A stretch of 63,635 bases of DNA, the filler included, from Craspedostauros australis (Eukaryota): NCBI GenBank assembly GCA_030167865.1. It is 5 parts of 5 records of this genome, joined end to end, with 100 filler letters (N's around TTAATTAATTAA, not from the genome) between each part and the next. Parts side by side here need not be neighbours in the genome. Positions count along the whole stretch, not along the records: positions 1 to 25,081 come from JALAGF010005627.1; 4 more parts are not named here. The stretch is one strand, 5' to 3'. Below the pieces are notes generated by a model that worked only from the letters and a program-made list of their open reading frames with translations, had not been told where the DNA came from and did not search any database. Below, piece after piece: positions 12,066 through 25,125 of this stretch (its first letter is position 1; every line of letters begins with the position of its first letter). The position numbers were made by a program, and so were the translations under genes.

Positions 12066-14324
12066 GGTCCAAGCTGATGTTCATGTACGGTGCGGCACGA
12101 AACGTATGATACCCGAACGGATGCGCGGCACTTGTAGGTGTGGCGCCTCCGCGCGTCCGAACGTGCAGCGGTGATGCACAATGACCGCACTTCGAGAAGT
12201 GTGTCGTCCCTCTGGCTACCAGAGGCGGCAATGTGTCGACAACACGAAACGGAATGACGGCGCTGTGCCGAGTCTTTGGTCATGATGACACGGCGCACAA
12301 CCGATCGCGAATGATGTTTCTCCCACCACAACTCCCTGTGATCGGGAAACAGGTAGGGACAATCGTTTGTTGGCGGTCATGATTCCAGACAGACGTCGGT
12401 GTTGCGAGGCGGACATCGGAGCTGAATGACTTTTTCAACTTGAATAAGCACGACTAAAATAACGTCAATTCGAGACGTGGAAATCAACAAACGAACGGTC
12501 ACATGATGACACACGGCACCGACAAAAAGATGGCGAACGCGCAAAGCGAGACGAATACCGTTGCGCTGATCGTGGGTCGAGGGTATCTGGTCGTTCGTGC
12601 TTGCCTCTCTGCCTGCTGCTCTTCTGTGCACTTGCGAGTATGTGTGTGCTTCTCTCTCTCTCTCCCCTTTTCTGCCTGGCCCACGCACGCGTTCCGCCCA
12701 CGTACGCGCAATACCACACGAGTACACGAGGAAAGCGTTCACCGATTGCCAACGGGACGAGTCCTTCGACACGGCTATCAGAGCATCAGCATGTGGTGGG
12801 CAAGCATGTCGGCGCTCTGGCGCCACCACACGCGTACGATTCTCACACCGTTCCCACCAGTCACACCTCTGTGTTGGACAACGATCTTTGCAGCCCAGCG
12901 AACTCCTGCGATGGGTCTTCTTTTGCCTTCCTTCTTTGTCTTCGATCGTACCGCGGACACCCGCATCTATTATTCTGCCACATAGCCTTGTTTGTACTTG
13001 TCTTGTTCCCTGTCACACTTGTCCCCCTTGATTCGCCTGTGGAGTCTCCAGATGGTCGTCCTGCGTTGGCACCCGAAGATTATGGATTGGTTTCAGATTG
13101 GCAGAGAGAGAGAGAGAGAGAGAGCGGGTGAGGATTCTGTTGTGCCACCGACCCTCCGCAAGACGGAGCCATCTCGTGAGTCAAAGAGAGAGTGCACTAG
13201 CGCATGTGCGCTTTGTGTGAGCGCGCTTTGTGTGTGTGAATGTTGCTCTCTGCTGTGTGCTATTCGCACTCGCACGTGGGCAAGGAGGAGACACATCACG
13301 GTCGGTCAGAGGTGGCGCCAGGGAAGGTCTCTTCCGAATTCCGAGAGCTGGGGTTGGTCAACTCCCTTTCCCCTGTAAGCCGAAACGTTCGTTCGGCCAG
13401 CAATGCGTATTCGTGTCATGGATCCCATACTTATGCTACAAGAGGTTAGAGGACTTCCGCATGCAAACTCAAACGAATGGGACTGCCCGATGAGGTTTAT
13501 CGTGATGGTTTCGCTATTCAACGTCCGAGCGAGGCAAACGGTGCATAGCGTTCTTTGAGCCGGATGATGGACAACTGATGCCTGGCGCTGTCTGCGAGGC
13601 AAGAGGTGGAAAGTCCTACGCAGCTCGCGTGACACCGCACTCGAGACGATGGATACTCATGTGCGCAACTCCTACCGTTCCTCATCAGATTAATTGTAAC
13701 CTATTCGACTGTGTCCTATTTTTTACGTGCGCTTCCAGAACAGTTTGCACTACTGTCACCCACTAGTACATCTGAGCACTGATGAGGGGTTCGAGTTCAC
13801 CCGAAGCTGTACCTTTGTGACCGGATGTTGCTGACCAGGAGGACTTGTGGTCCACAGAACCCCAATCAACCCAAAGGCGCCCAAAAGTATGAGGTCTTGC
13901 TCTGTGGCCGACGCGACTCTCCGACATTTCTTGGCCTCCTCTTCCCACGAACGTGCCCACCGTCCACCCTCTGGGTGGTGGCGACAGCAAGGTTCAAAAG
14001 AACCGCCAGTGATTGCCCCTGAGCGCCAACTACAAGGTGCGAGTATGCGCACGACGGACGAGTACAACCTGCGGCATGCGTCTGGTGCAGATTCGCTACG
14101 TGTATGACCCACCTCCACAGGCAGCTTCACGTCTACATACCAGTATGGTGTATTTGCCGCTTCCTCGGTTGTGCTCTTGCAGACATAAATCTCTGTCTTG
14201 TGTCAGCAACCCACTCGTATTCGCATCCGTACTCGTATTCGTATTCGTACTCGTACTCGCACTCGCACCTGCACCTGCACCCGCACCCGCACCTGTGCCA
14301 TACAGACATCCAGCTGCCGACACG

Positions 14325-14885
14325 ATGGACACTGACAACCACCGTAAGTACGACGGAAACAACAGCCAGGCGCGCCAATCCCAATCTCATAACAGCGACA
14401 GTAGAATGCCTCCTTCCGAAGAGGAAGGACAGCCGCGTGTCTCCAATGCATCGCATGGTTTTGATTCTGCAGCAGGCACTGACACGGGCAGTTCTGAAGA
14501 TGCCGGTGGACGAGGTGCGGGCATGGCCCCGGACGATGACCGCGAAACGCACAATGCAAGCGATGCGGAGGCGACGATATCATCCAAGACATCGGAGAGG
14601 AGCGACCTCTTGGATGTGCTGGATGAAGTGCATGAGATCATCTCAGATATCGGGCCTTCTCTTACTTGCGAGGAGCAGCCGTTCGATACCGACGCAGCCG
14701 CAGACTCTGGCGATCAATCCATTTGGGATGAATGCTGGGATCGTCGCAGTCGGCAACAACGGGACCACTGGCATCAGTGGCAGCAGCAACGACAACAGCA
14801 ACAACATTCGCAGCATAGACTAAGTGAGTCTGTGGCGATGGACGACATGCGACGTACTGTCTATGAGAGGAAGGGAGGCCCCTGA
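14325..14885 (+). CDS. Hypothetical acidic disordered protein with a DLLDVLDEVHEII amphipathic helix
   Basis: 186-codon ORF from ATG 14325, just after a hexamer repeat tract; D/E/S/Q-rich. No recognised family. Confidence 0.5.
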   Translation: MDTDNHRKYDGNNSQARQSQSHNSDSRMPPSEEEGQPRVSNASHGFDSAAGTDTGSSEDAGGRGAGMAPDDDRETHNASDAEATISSKTSERSDLLDVLDEVHEIISDIGPSLTCEEQPFDTDAAADSGDQSIWDECWDRRSRQQRDHWHQWQQQRQQQQHSQHRLSESVAMDDMRRTVYERKGGP

Positions 14886-17800
14886 GTAATACCAAGTCGT
14901 GATCGACCAATGAACGGCTTCGGTGCAGCGAGGGCAGCCCTGAACCGCACGCAGGAAGGATGTCTGCTCTTCTTTGTTGCACTCCATCCGACTTCGTCCG
15001 GCACGTGGGTACGGTACGGTACGGTTCGGCCCGGCTCAACACTTTTCCCGCCATCATCATCTGCTGGCTCCGATCACCTGCCGACACAATTTTGGCTCAT
15101 GGCTGATCGCAACTTCCATAGAGTAAGACGTTCGCTTGTCGGGCAAGATAGAATCTTGATTTTTGATGCCACACTTCACCACACGCCTCAACTCCAGACG
15201 GCCATTTTCTGGTAAGTCTGCAAGGTGCATGGCATGGCATGGCATGGCATGGCATGCGCACTTCTTAAACAGCTTTCGTTCGGTGCCTTCTATCCACTGA
15301 ATCTTCCCATTTATTCGCACATTCCTGCAAACGGAGTGTCCAATGTGTTTCGAGAGCAGTCTCATGTGCGAATCACATACAATAGATCCTGATTCATCGC
15401 CATCCAGCGATTTGGTCACCCTTGGCTTATTAATGCGCGCGATGATCGAGTGCGCTTTGCCCAGACGTCCACTGCCGCAATTCCTTGAACCATGTCGTGC
15501 TGCGGCTCTGTCTTTGGAACATGGAATAAGCAATGTGGAGTGCTTTAAGAGCACCGATGTGCACCGATGCACCGCCAGAAAATCACAAATCCACCACACG
15601 TGGCGATTTCGTGAGCGACATGCGAGTGCTCGTACTCATAGCTTGGCGAGAAGCCCTGAGGAGCGGATTGATCACGACCTTGTTTGTGTTGCCGAGTACA
15701 GTGCGGCGCCGAACCATCGTGGCCAGATCATGAAACCAACGATTGCGGCCAGACCACGAAAAGATCCAGGAATGGGTTTAGGCGGAAGCCATTCCACCCA
15801 GCCTGTTTCACATTTGCGAAGAACGAATGGTACTTCAGCGGAGCAAGTACTGTACTCCCTGAATGGGGACGAAGTTTCGGTGAGAAGATGCATCACAGAC
15901 GAAGTCTGGCATGGTACAATGCCACACTCGTATTGTGCAATCCAGGTGCTGTCGCTTTTCTTCTGGATGGGTCTTCGACAACGATGGAATCGTAGAAACG
16001 CCAGGAAGATATGCATGGTAGTGTGGTACCGGCAAATCTCCTCGGATTCTTGGAGTTCTTGTTCAGGAGCAGCCAAGCCTTGCTGGTGGCATACCGCACC
16101 ATAGCCATCCAAGTAGAGCGTGGATGTCATGGTAGACTCGCCTTTGTGGATGCTAGTCTCGTCGAACGTCTCAGGTTGACATGGTGCGCGCATCGATTTC
16201 GGACGATCGTTTTCTTCATCTCGCTGTGACCTCGTTGTCACAAGGATGATTCCTTCCAGATCAATATCAACGGCAAATCGATACGCCATCTGAGTAGATA
16301 CATTCTTCGTGCTTTCTCATCGAATTGTACATCTGGCATCGCCGGTTCGTGCCGGATTCATGGGACCGAAAGAAATCCCATCTAGGCATGACCGGGCTCC
16401 GACAGGGCATCCACGGCTGTGATATAGGCACGCTGGGCTGCCTCGACAGAGGTTCAGTGCAGCTGAAACGACTGCTGGGTTAGCGATCAGAGATTAGGGC
16501 ATACGAGACATGGCAAGATCCAATGGTTGATTGCGCCTCGTGCAAAGTCATCCTGGCACTGGCTATGGTGGTGACGAGCTCGCACGTCTTGCTGATGCCG
16601 AGTACGTGGCTGCCATAGCCATGAGTCCTGTCGCATGCTCCATGAACTCGACGAGCGGATACTAGCTGCTGGAATCCTCGTGCGTGCCCAGATCTGTTGA
16701 AATTCATGCGGCTGGTTCCCATCGTCGCAATACAACCCGCCGTGCTGGTTGCAGCAGTTGCATGTGCGCATTTGTTGGCTGCAAATCATGGAGTCTTGTT
16801 GAGAGTGAGGGGCTTGCCCATCAGCACACGAGTCACAACGATACTTGGCTTACTCTGTGGAGACGTTGGCGTGTTTTATGTCATATCTGGATGCACCATC
16901 ATGCTATTCCACGTCACTCGTTTGGACATGAAGGGAGCGTCCAAAGTTCACGCATTCTTGATCGAGATGGAATTGGTGCATTCGTGGTGGTGGTGGCATG
17001 CTTCAACGGATACGTCAAAGGGACCAGCGGCTGACTTGAAGAACTGCTTTATGGCCCCAGCCCTCCTCTGTCGAATGTGCCATGATGCTGGTGATCAGTC
17101 CCACTCGCAACCTTGCGTAGAACGATGCAACGACGCTCGCCTTCACATCGTGGAGTGGGCAGCGTGGTCGTACTTTGCAGGGGATTGGTCATGGGAAGCT
17201 CGGTAGTTGCAACTGCCGATTGCATCCAATTGTCATGGTACAGCTTACGCCGATGTGGATTAGTGGTAGCTCGTACGTGCTGTGCAGATCGCAGTGTGAG
17301 ATGACAGGTGGACGCTTCGGGGTGCCATTTTGTGAGGCAAGCCATTGAACCCGAAACCTCTCGCAGCATTTGTCTCCAATGCATTTGTCAAGATTTCGCG
17401 CAGGAGGGCTCAGACAGATCTGGTCGGGAAAGGTGGATTGATTCTTGGGATGATGCATGGTGCTGGTGTGGCAGAGCGAAACGCTGTGCTCGTCACACTC
17501 AAAGCTCGTAGATCGCACATGTGGTGACATTCTGACATGTAGAGTTGAACATAATAATAATAAAAACTCAGGGAGTGCATTAGAAATGTGCCAGTAGAGA
17601 TGAGCATCATGAGATGTCTGCGACTTCCTCGGCGCCTTGCTTCACATCTTCCTTCCCACTTTCGTGCACATCTCTCACCGTTATCTGTTGCTGGTATACA
17701 TGTAGGTGTGTGGCTTGTGTCCCGTTGACATTGGCCCATCATGTCTCGGTGGGCGGAACGATGCCACTTAGTCTTAGTCTGATTTACAGCTACGAGCTTC

Positions 17801-20800
17801 GATGCGGACGGCTCTGGTTTCCTTCCTGTTATCGTAGAGCCAAGAAGTGCCTGGACAAAATACGTGAGGAGATCTTTTCGCGTCTGTTACCTGCTGGATC
17901 TTTTGGACGCGCCAAAAAGTATCGACGCGGATCACCAGAACTCACAGAAATGATCAGTGATTCTCCTTTTTGCCGATCATCTTCTTTTCTTTGTCTGCGC
18001 TGGACAAGCAGTTGTGCAATGGCATGATCTGCTTCCAAATCCACGACCATGGACTCCCTCGCGAGATGCCATCGAGCTGTGCCATTTAATAAATCGCTGT
18101 TCTGAGATGTGACACGAGAGCGAGTCCCAACAGCGTTTGTGGCAGAGAGGAATGAGGCTGCATGGCTGTGCGGACAAGCCAACCAGTCCCATCCCTCTTT
18201 GTGGAGAGGCCATTGTTTGATCCCTCCGTGGCTGTGGAAAGACTGCTGCGCATGGGTACAAATACCCGCCTTGCTACGCAAGTATGAATACGAATACAGA
18301 TACTGGCGCGGGCTGATTCTCTACACCCACCATGTCGCGGTCACAGAGGTGCTGGCGAATGGGTATTGGAAGCATCATGTCAATTTCAGGCTGATTTGAT
18401 GTCACGAATACATCCAACAGATCCTTGCGAATCTGGCGGCAGTGCCTGCCCGAATCAAGAATGCACAAACGTATGGGAAGGTGGTGGTAACGGAGAGGCG
18501 TCCGCAACGAGACATCATCTGTTGGCACTCTCCGACGTAGTGGCTCTTGCGGAGACCCTCGGCGAAGTGCGCAACCTTGGCGAGAACGAAGAAGGGACGA
18601 TCAAGGGTGGAGAGAACACCAGACCAACAGCATTCGTGCAAAAGGAAGCTAGTTGCAGCCATTCGGTGTTGAAGCATGTCTGGTGCTGTTGTCCCAAAGG
18701 GTCGAAGTAGATGAACGGACTTACAAGATCCTGTCGGCGTTGCTTGGAAGCATGATGCTGCGAGAGCGACCGTGGGGATTTGCAGCTGCGCTTACGTTGC
18801 GATTCTGTGATTCTTGGACGCAGGCTCCAAGAAGCCATGCTCGTGTTTATATCGTTGCCACGGAGTTGCAGGCACATGGCCTTTTGGGTGATAGACCACC
18901 TCGTGATCACATCTGACAGTAGCACGATGTCGGTACTGCGTATATTCCAACGCATCTGAATCAACGAGTCCTCGTGACACCCGTCAAGCGCTGCCACTCA
19001 TGCGATGAGACTGCCATGTTCAACAATCAGCCGAGAGGACTGGCCGACACTGGTTTGGGAAAGAGTCCACCCCCTCGACCTTTTTCGTCGCAAGATGTCG
19101 AGTGGAAGGAATAATATCTTCGAATTCTACGGCTGTCCAGACTTGTCCATCCAAACAACCTCTCTGCGAAGAATCGAAAAGCACCCCTGTTGGCGCACAG
19201 CCCACAGACTACGAGTACATAGACAACAGCCCATGGCGAAGGAGATCCGAGCCCAGGTGGAGCATCTCACGAGCAGCGTCTACTCGTCACATGTTGAATC
19301 TGCGGCAGCCGGTAAGATCAAAACGCAGAACATGGTTCTCGCGGGCCACGCGGGAGCCTCTTGGTGGAGGAGTCGTATGGTACGCAGAGAAAGTGGCCGG
19401 CCAGGAGATGCAACAGAGTAGAGGGTGTTCAGGTTGGTATTGCTCAGGTTTGCAGTCTTCAGATTCCAGTGCGACAGCAGGTCAAAGGCGCATTCGACAA
19501 GCACCTCGAGTGGGTACATTCGTCTTTTGGGCGCTTGTGGAATACTAGTACCGTGGAAGATCAAACCCTCCGGTTGAGGCTGATCGTTTTCGCCGATGCA
19601 AAAGCATGCTCGCTGGCCATCGTGGCTGTGGGAAGACGGTGTGGGAATGGGATGTTTGGAGCAGACCCGGCATGTGGTGGTTGGCATAGATGTTCCTATC
19701 GAAGCTCTTCCCGAAGCTCCAGCAGCTCACTTGCATACTTGCCCACTCCCTTCGTTCATCCAGGCACTCACTCGCCTCGTGCGCCGCACTTGGGGCCTTT
19801 GATTCTTTGCGCCGGTCCTCAGCAGAGGGGGAAGTCACGAGGGTTTTAATGTGGAACCTCGCATGACTTCGATTACCAGCCAACCAACTGTGCACCTGGC
19901 GATACCAGCCTTCGTCGGATGATCAGACTCAGTCTTCGTCCCATCTTCCAGCGCAATGACCTCAACCTGATGGCCAGTTCGAAGCGATCGCAGAGCGAAC
20001 ATGAAAGGAGTGGATGGGATCCACTGCGAACCGGGCGTGAGAAAATTCGTTCGCATTGATGTCCGCAATCAAATCCAGAAGCAATCGAGACATCTTCGCT
20101 CCGCCGTGGGACATGCATAACTGCCTTCCGTTGCGACAGCATCCCCACATCACGATGTGCGTGCTTGTCAAGGAACGGTCCCATCCATCTCGCCGCGCAC
20201 CATGTGAGACATCGGTTGCAGGACCATTTTCACCGCAGCTGCGCCCCTATCATCGTCGCACAGCCTGATGTGCTGGCGTCCAAGATTGCACGTCCTTCAC
20301 GAAAACCAGGCTGGCTCTCCAAAACCAACAACACTGCGCGTCGATCACACTTGAGTCCGGTTCGAGGCTGCCGTGCGGCAGAGTCGCATCATTGCGCGAA
20401 TGCGTTTACTCCCACGCAGGGGAGGCGGTGAGGATCGAGTTCTTTCAGAGGGGGTCGTCCAAAAGAGCACACAAAGTACTGCGCAAAATTGATCCAAGAG
20501 AAACCAGGCTGCGAACCGCAGCGCAATGGGAATCCACTGGAAGGGGAAGCGTGAAGCAGGAGCATCGTGAACTGTTGGGTATTGGGTGATCGACGGGCAG
20601 TGCCTCCGTCGTCGCCGTCCGCAGACTTCCAAGATGTGGTAGGAAGAGAGTGTGGGACGCAGTTTGTGTCGTTTCAATGTGCGTGGTCGAAGAGAGGCGT
20701 TGCCGTCAATAGAACCATGGCAGCGCATCGCCGCACCTTGTTCTGAAGTCGCAGAACGGTAGTGAATGATGATGATAGAAGTCCATGCCCTTGGTGTGCG

Positions 20801-21547
20801 CTATTGTTGATTGTTAGAGGTCTGTTTAGTCACTGATGTTGTTCAGGGACCCGTTGTTCCACAGAATTGTATTTTTTGGTCCACCGTTTTCTTTTGGACT
20901 TCGAGGCAAAGACCTGTCGCATTGGCGATGGTGTGCGTGTGCCTTGTGAGAGCATCCAGTCACGAGATTCGGAGATGTGACCATGCTGCTAGATTGTGCT
21001 TGTTTCATTTCTGCCGTGCCCATGCTACCCGCCGCGTGCCGTTGCGGTTGGGCGTCTTTTTTGTGTTCCATACTGGAGCGAAACGAGCCGCGGGACCATG
21101 CTGTGCGGATCGTCCATCACTACTGCAGCTGTCATCGCGTGTCATCATCCCCGCTCCATGATACAGTGTGCTGCGATATATTATATAATATTCTATTCTA
21201 TTCTATGATTCAACACCGCCAAGGAATCAGCACATCGGATGTCTGACTGTTCTGTGTTGTGCGCCATGCGCGAATGTTTGAAATTGTGGATACGCGAACG
21301 CACGAATCCAAGAAGGAATGCCAACAGCGGCCGTACTATCCTATCACCCACACTGAACGCATGTTCTGTTGCCTGTGACGTTGCCCGTAGTTTGAGTCGT
21401 CCGATTCTCGGTAGGCATTCGTTGCTTGCGAGAGCGTATCGGCGCGTGGAGCGAAACAAGAAGAAAGAAGCGAGAGCCAAGATGTGTTATTGTTGGCGTG
21501 ACTGCGGGGTCGGTATTGTGGGACAAAAGAGTATGATGATCTGGTGG

Positions 21548-21852
21548 TTGTTGTTGTCGACGTGATGCATCGGCGTTGGCGCAAGCGTTGTTTGTCCTGG
21601 CGGTTCAAGCGGGTGTGCACAACAAAATCTACTGCAAAAGTGCATTCAGTGGGATTTGAACCCACGCATACGAATATACTCGAACTTGAGTCGAGCTCCT
21701 TAGACCGCTCGGACATGAATGCTCGTCAATGAAAAGCGTAAATTATAGCTCAAACCCCTTGACTTTGGCTGATCAATAAATCTGGCGTATGCCGAAACCG
21801 TTTGGGTTGTATTCCTGATGGCGCATCCGAGAGGCATCACGTTTCACATACC
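21548..21852. repeat. Left arm of a ~305-bp inverted repeat (partner 23132-23440)
   Basis: Aligns by eye to the reverse complement of 23132-23440 with roughly 15-20 differences including one 3-nt indel. Confidence 0.93.
21641..21722 (-). tRNA. trnL-CAA: tRNA-Leu (anticodon CAA)
   Basis: 82-nt cloverleaf: acceptor GCATTCA/TGAATGC+A, anticodon arm CTCGA-CTCAAGT-TCGAG, long variable arm, T arm GTGGG-TTCAAAT-CCCAC. TATAATT ~25 nt upstream and TTTT just downstream. Confidence 0.95.
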
Positions 21853-22522
21853 TATGATATCTCCTTGCCATAATCATGACACAGACAGGCTCCATTTACT
21901 GTCCTGTGCGCATCGATGAACGTGTTGCGGATTTGGGAAACTATGCGGCAGACATCAAAGACGATGAGCCACAATGTCATTTGGGGCAGACTTCGATGGA
22001 TATTTTGCACAGGCGTAGACGACGGAGAGAGACATCAGGGCCGCTGCCGGAGAGGCGACGAAATGAAAAGAAGACTGCGCAGTGCACGGTTCCTTCTTCC
22101 TGTATCTGAGCATCCACAACCGAGCACGGCAAGTCCATTTACATAATGAGCATTGAATGAAATTCCCGTAACCCCCATGGCATCAGAAGTTGCGTTCATT
22201 TGGAGAGTTGATGCAGGACCAGCAAAGGTCAAAGCAAGCTTGGCAACAATGCAAGCATACCAACGGACAGAGCAAGCATATGAGCCAATGGTTGACGTCA
22301 AGAGGAGAACACTTGGTTCTCAACTCAGTTTAATAGAGCCCAAACGTAATGGCTGTTGTCTTGTTGGCTGTTGTTAGCTGTAGGGCAGAGGCTTGATTGG
22401 CAAGCAGTCCGAACGTGAGTCTTCAGGATCACAAGTAGTCAATTGAGAATACTAATGATGGGTGAAGAAACATGCGGATTATGAGATTAGTGCAATTATT
22501 CTTGTTGGTGTGACACCCTGTG

Positions 22523-22645
22523 TGGGTTGCCCTGGAAAAGGGTCGTAGGGTTTGTGTAGCCCAAGTACCACAGGAGGGGGCCCTTTTGTTGGGTTGCTGT
22601 CAGAAAAGGGGCGTAGGGTTTGCGTAGCTCCAGTACCATGGGAGA
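22523..22645. repeat. Imperfect two-copy tandem repeat, period ~67 bp, inside the inverted-repeat spacer
   Basis: TGGGTTGC..GAAAAGGG.CGTAGGGTTTG.GTAGC...AGTACCA occurs at 22523 and 22590. Confidence 0.8.
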
Positions 22646-23131
22646 GTTTCCTTCATGGAGTTGGAAGCTGGGCGAAGGTCATCTTGCGTGTACTCCCACG
22701 TGGAACCGTACCGTAGATCCAGCAGTCTTGTATCAGCATCAAGTTTTTGGTGGGGAGGGGTTCCGATGACACAGTCATTGGGACCCTTTTTCCATGGGTC
22801 CTGGACTTCAAAGAGTTTCTTCGAAGACTTGTGCCTGCTCCAAACGTGGTTATGTCCGAAACGTGGTTCAGACCGATTCGTGGGAAAACGAGTCATGTGT
22901 TCCAGGAAATCCTTCTATAGCCTAACTGCTAGTTTAGCTCTATTACAGTTGATAGCCGTGGCGAGACGTATTGCGTTCAACATAGGGTGCGGACAAGTGC
23001 CAAATCATAGGATCCTTGTGTCCGATGGTTCCGGCACCATTGTCGTACCGTACGTCTCGCTTCCCACAATCACCCGCATACCAAGACAGGAGGCCACAAG
23101 AAAGAACAAGGACAAAGCCCAGGAGAAGAAT

Positions 23132-23440
23132 TGGCATGTGAAGCGTGATGCCTCTCGGATGCGCCATCAGGAATACAACCCAAACGGTTTCGGAATACGC
23201 CAGATTTATTGGTGATCAGCCAAAGTCAAGGTTTTTTAGCTATAATTTACGCTTTCTATCGACGAGCATTCATGTCCGAGCGGTCTAAGGAGCTCGACTC
23301 AAGTTCGAGTATATTCGTATGCGTGGGTTCAAATTCCACTGAATGCACTTTTGCAGTAGATTTTGTTGTGCACAACCGCTTGAACCGCCAGGACAAACAA
23401 CGCTTGCGCCAACGCCGACACATCACGTCAACAGCGACAA
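23132..23440. repeat. Right arm of the ~305-bp inverted repeat
   Basis: Reverse complement of 21548-21852. Confidence 0.93.
23266..23347 (+). tRNA. trnL-CAA: tRNA-Leu (anticodon CAA)
   Basis: Same as the 21641-21722 copy except one T-stem change (TCCAC, giving a G-U pair). TATAATT at 23241; TTTT directly downstream. Confidence 0.93.
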
Positions 23441-24634
23441 ATCGTGGCTTCTCCCTGTGTCTTCCCTTTCTGCTTCGCTCAATCCTCCAACACTGCGCAT
23501 GTCTGGTTCCAAGGTTGACGAATCAAGGAGGAAGCACCAAGGAGTGGCCGTCGCTGATATTGTTTTCGAGGACCAACAGCCGCCACGAACGTCGACGAGG
23601 GGGAATAATCGCGCGGCATCAAAGACAGCACACACTAAATCTAAACTCTCCTTGGTGGGTGAACCATCATGTGAACGCCCCACATGCCCCTGCATCACAC
23701 AGCTCATGGTCGTGCTTTCGTTGCCACCGACGCTGATTCCCAGAGAGAAAGTGCAAGCTCCATTCGTGATTGTCTGAGACTCAGCGCGACTACGGACTGT
23801 CGACGCCAGGGCTGCGTCTTGGTACAATCAAAAGTCGATCTCGATACATCGACAACGGATCCCCTGGAATTCAACCTGATGGGTGACATCACAGAAGAAT
23901 AAGGATGGGATGTAGTACTCATGTGTGTACTCTGCGAGAAAGTACCGTCCATACTCATGCTGGTCTGCAACAGTCTCATCGCCAGAATGATCACTGTGAA
24001 GAATTTTTTAATACTCTTGGGGTGGACTGCAGGATCAACAGCGACGCATGTATTTGAATGTACCCATGGTTTGTCACAGGTGCTTTCGCGACGAATCTTC
24101 GCGCCGCGCCATTCTCGGAGGAGGCGCTCCTCTCCCTGAAGGGAGAGCGACAGAGTACGCAGTTACGTCAGCTTTTCTGCGATGATGAAAGACGTAACCC
24201 GCAGTATAGTGCGTATTGCAGGATCTATTGTACAATATTCTGAAATATTGTATTGCATTATATAATACATACCAATAGAATAAGAGCGATGCTATTTAAA
24301 TATTTACAACATGTATGAAACTTGCACCATTCATGTATCTGCGCATGCTTCAACCCTACCCGACACACTGGATGGTTCCAGGTTCCTTGTAGCACGGATG
24401 CCCTTGTATCGCGAGAGACGCGGGTCGAGTCAAAGGAGGTGTGCGCGGGTACGTACTACTACCTGAAATAGGAAAGTCGTGAGCGTCGGTATCCATGTTC
24501 TTGACCTGGTCTGAAGCATGAAGCTCATGATGTTGCGCGGCCGGTCGGTCAAAGATGCCCCAGATGAGCACAAGGCCTTGCCTGACGAATGAAAGAGAAA
24601 GATCTCTTCTTCCTGGATCTCCACACTCATAGCG

Positions 24635-24754
24635 CTAGTGTCTTTTGGCTTGGGTGGAGGCCAATTTTTTTGGTAACCATTGGTAACAATTGGTAACTAG
24701 TCGTATGAGTCAATTTCGCCGTAGACGCTGGTACATTTTGTACGTCAGTCCCAC
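24635..24754. mobile_element. Terminus of a dispersed repeat or DNA transposon (second copy at 63526-63635)
   Basis: ~110 bp shared with 63526-63635 with about 2 substitutions; identity starts abruptly at CTAGTGTC. Contains three TTGGTAAC units at 10-bp period. Confidence 0.8.
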
Positions 24755-25125
24755 NNNNNNNNNNNNNNNNNNNNNNNNNNNNNNNNNNNNNNNNNNNNNN
24801 NNNNNNNNNNNNNNNNNNNNNNNNNNNNNNNNNNNNNNNNNNNNNNNNNNNNNNNNNNNNNNNNNNNNNNNNNNNNNNNNNNGCGGCGATTGGATGGGTA
24901 GTTGTCGAGATCTACTCGTTTCTCTGGGGCCACCACTCCATATTGTCATTCACGAATGCCAATCACCGCGATGTATCGTGGCGAATTTCTGTGTGCCCCA
25001 CTGTTGGAACATGACGAATATTCAGATTCGTGTATGACCCGGTAGGGGTCACAGTTGCGCAAATGACTGCTCACACATATTNNNNNNNNNNNNNNNNNNN
25101 NNNNNNNNNNNNNNNNNNNNNNNNN

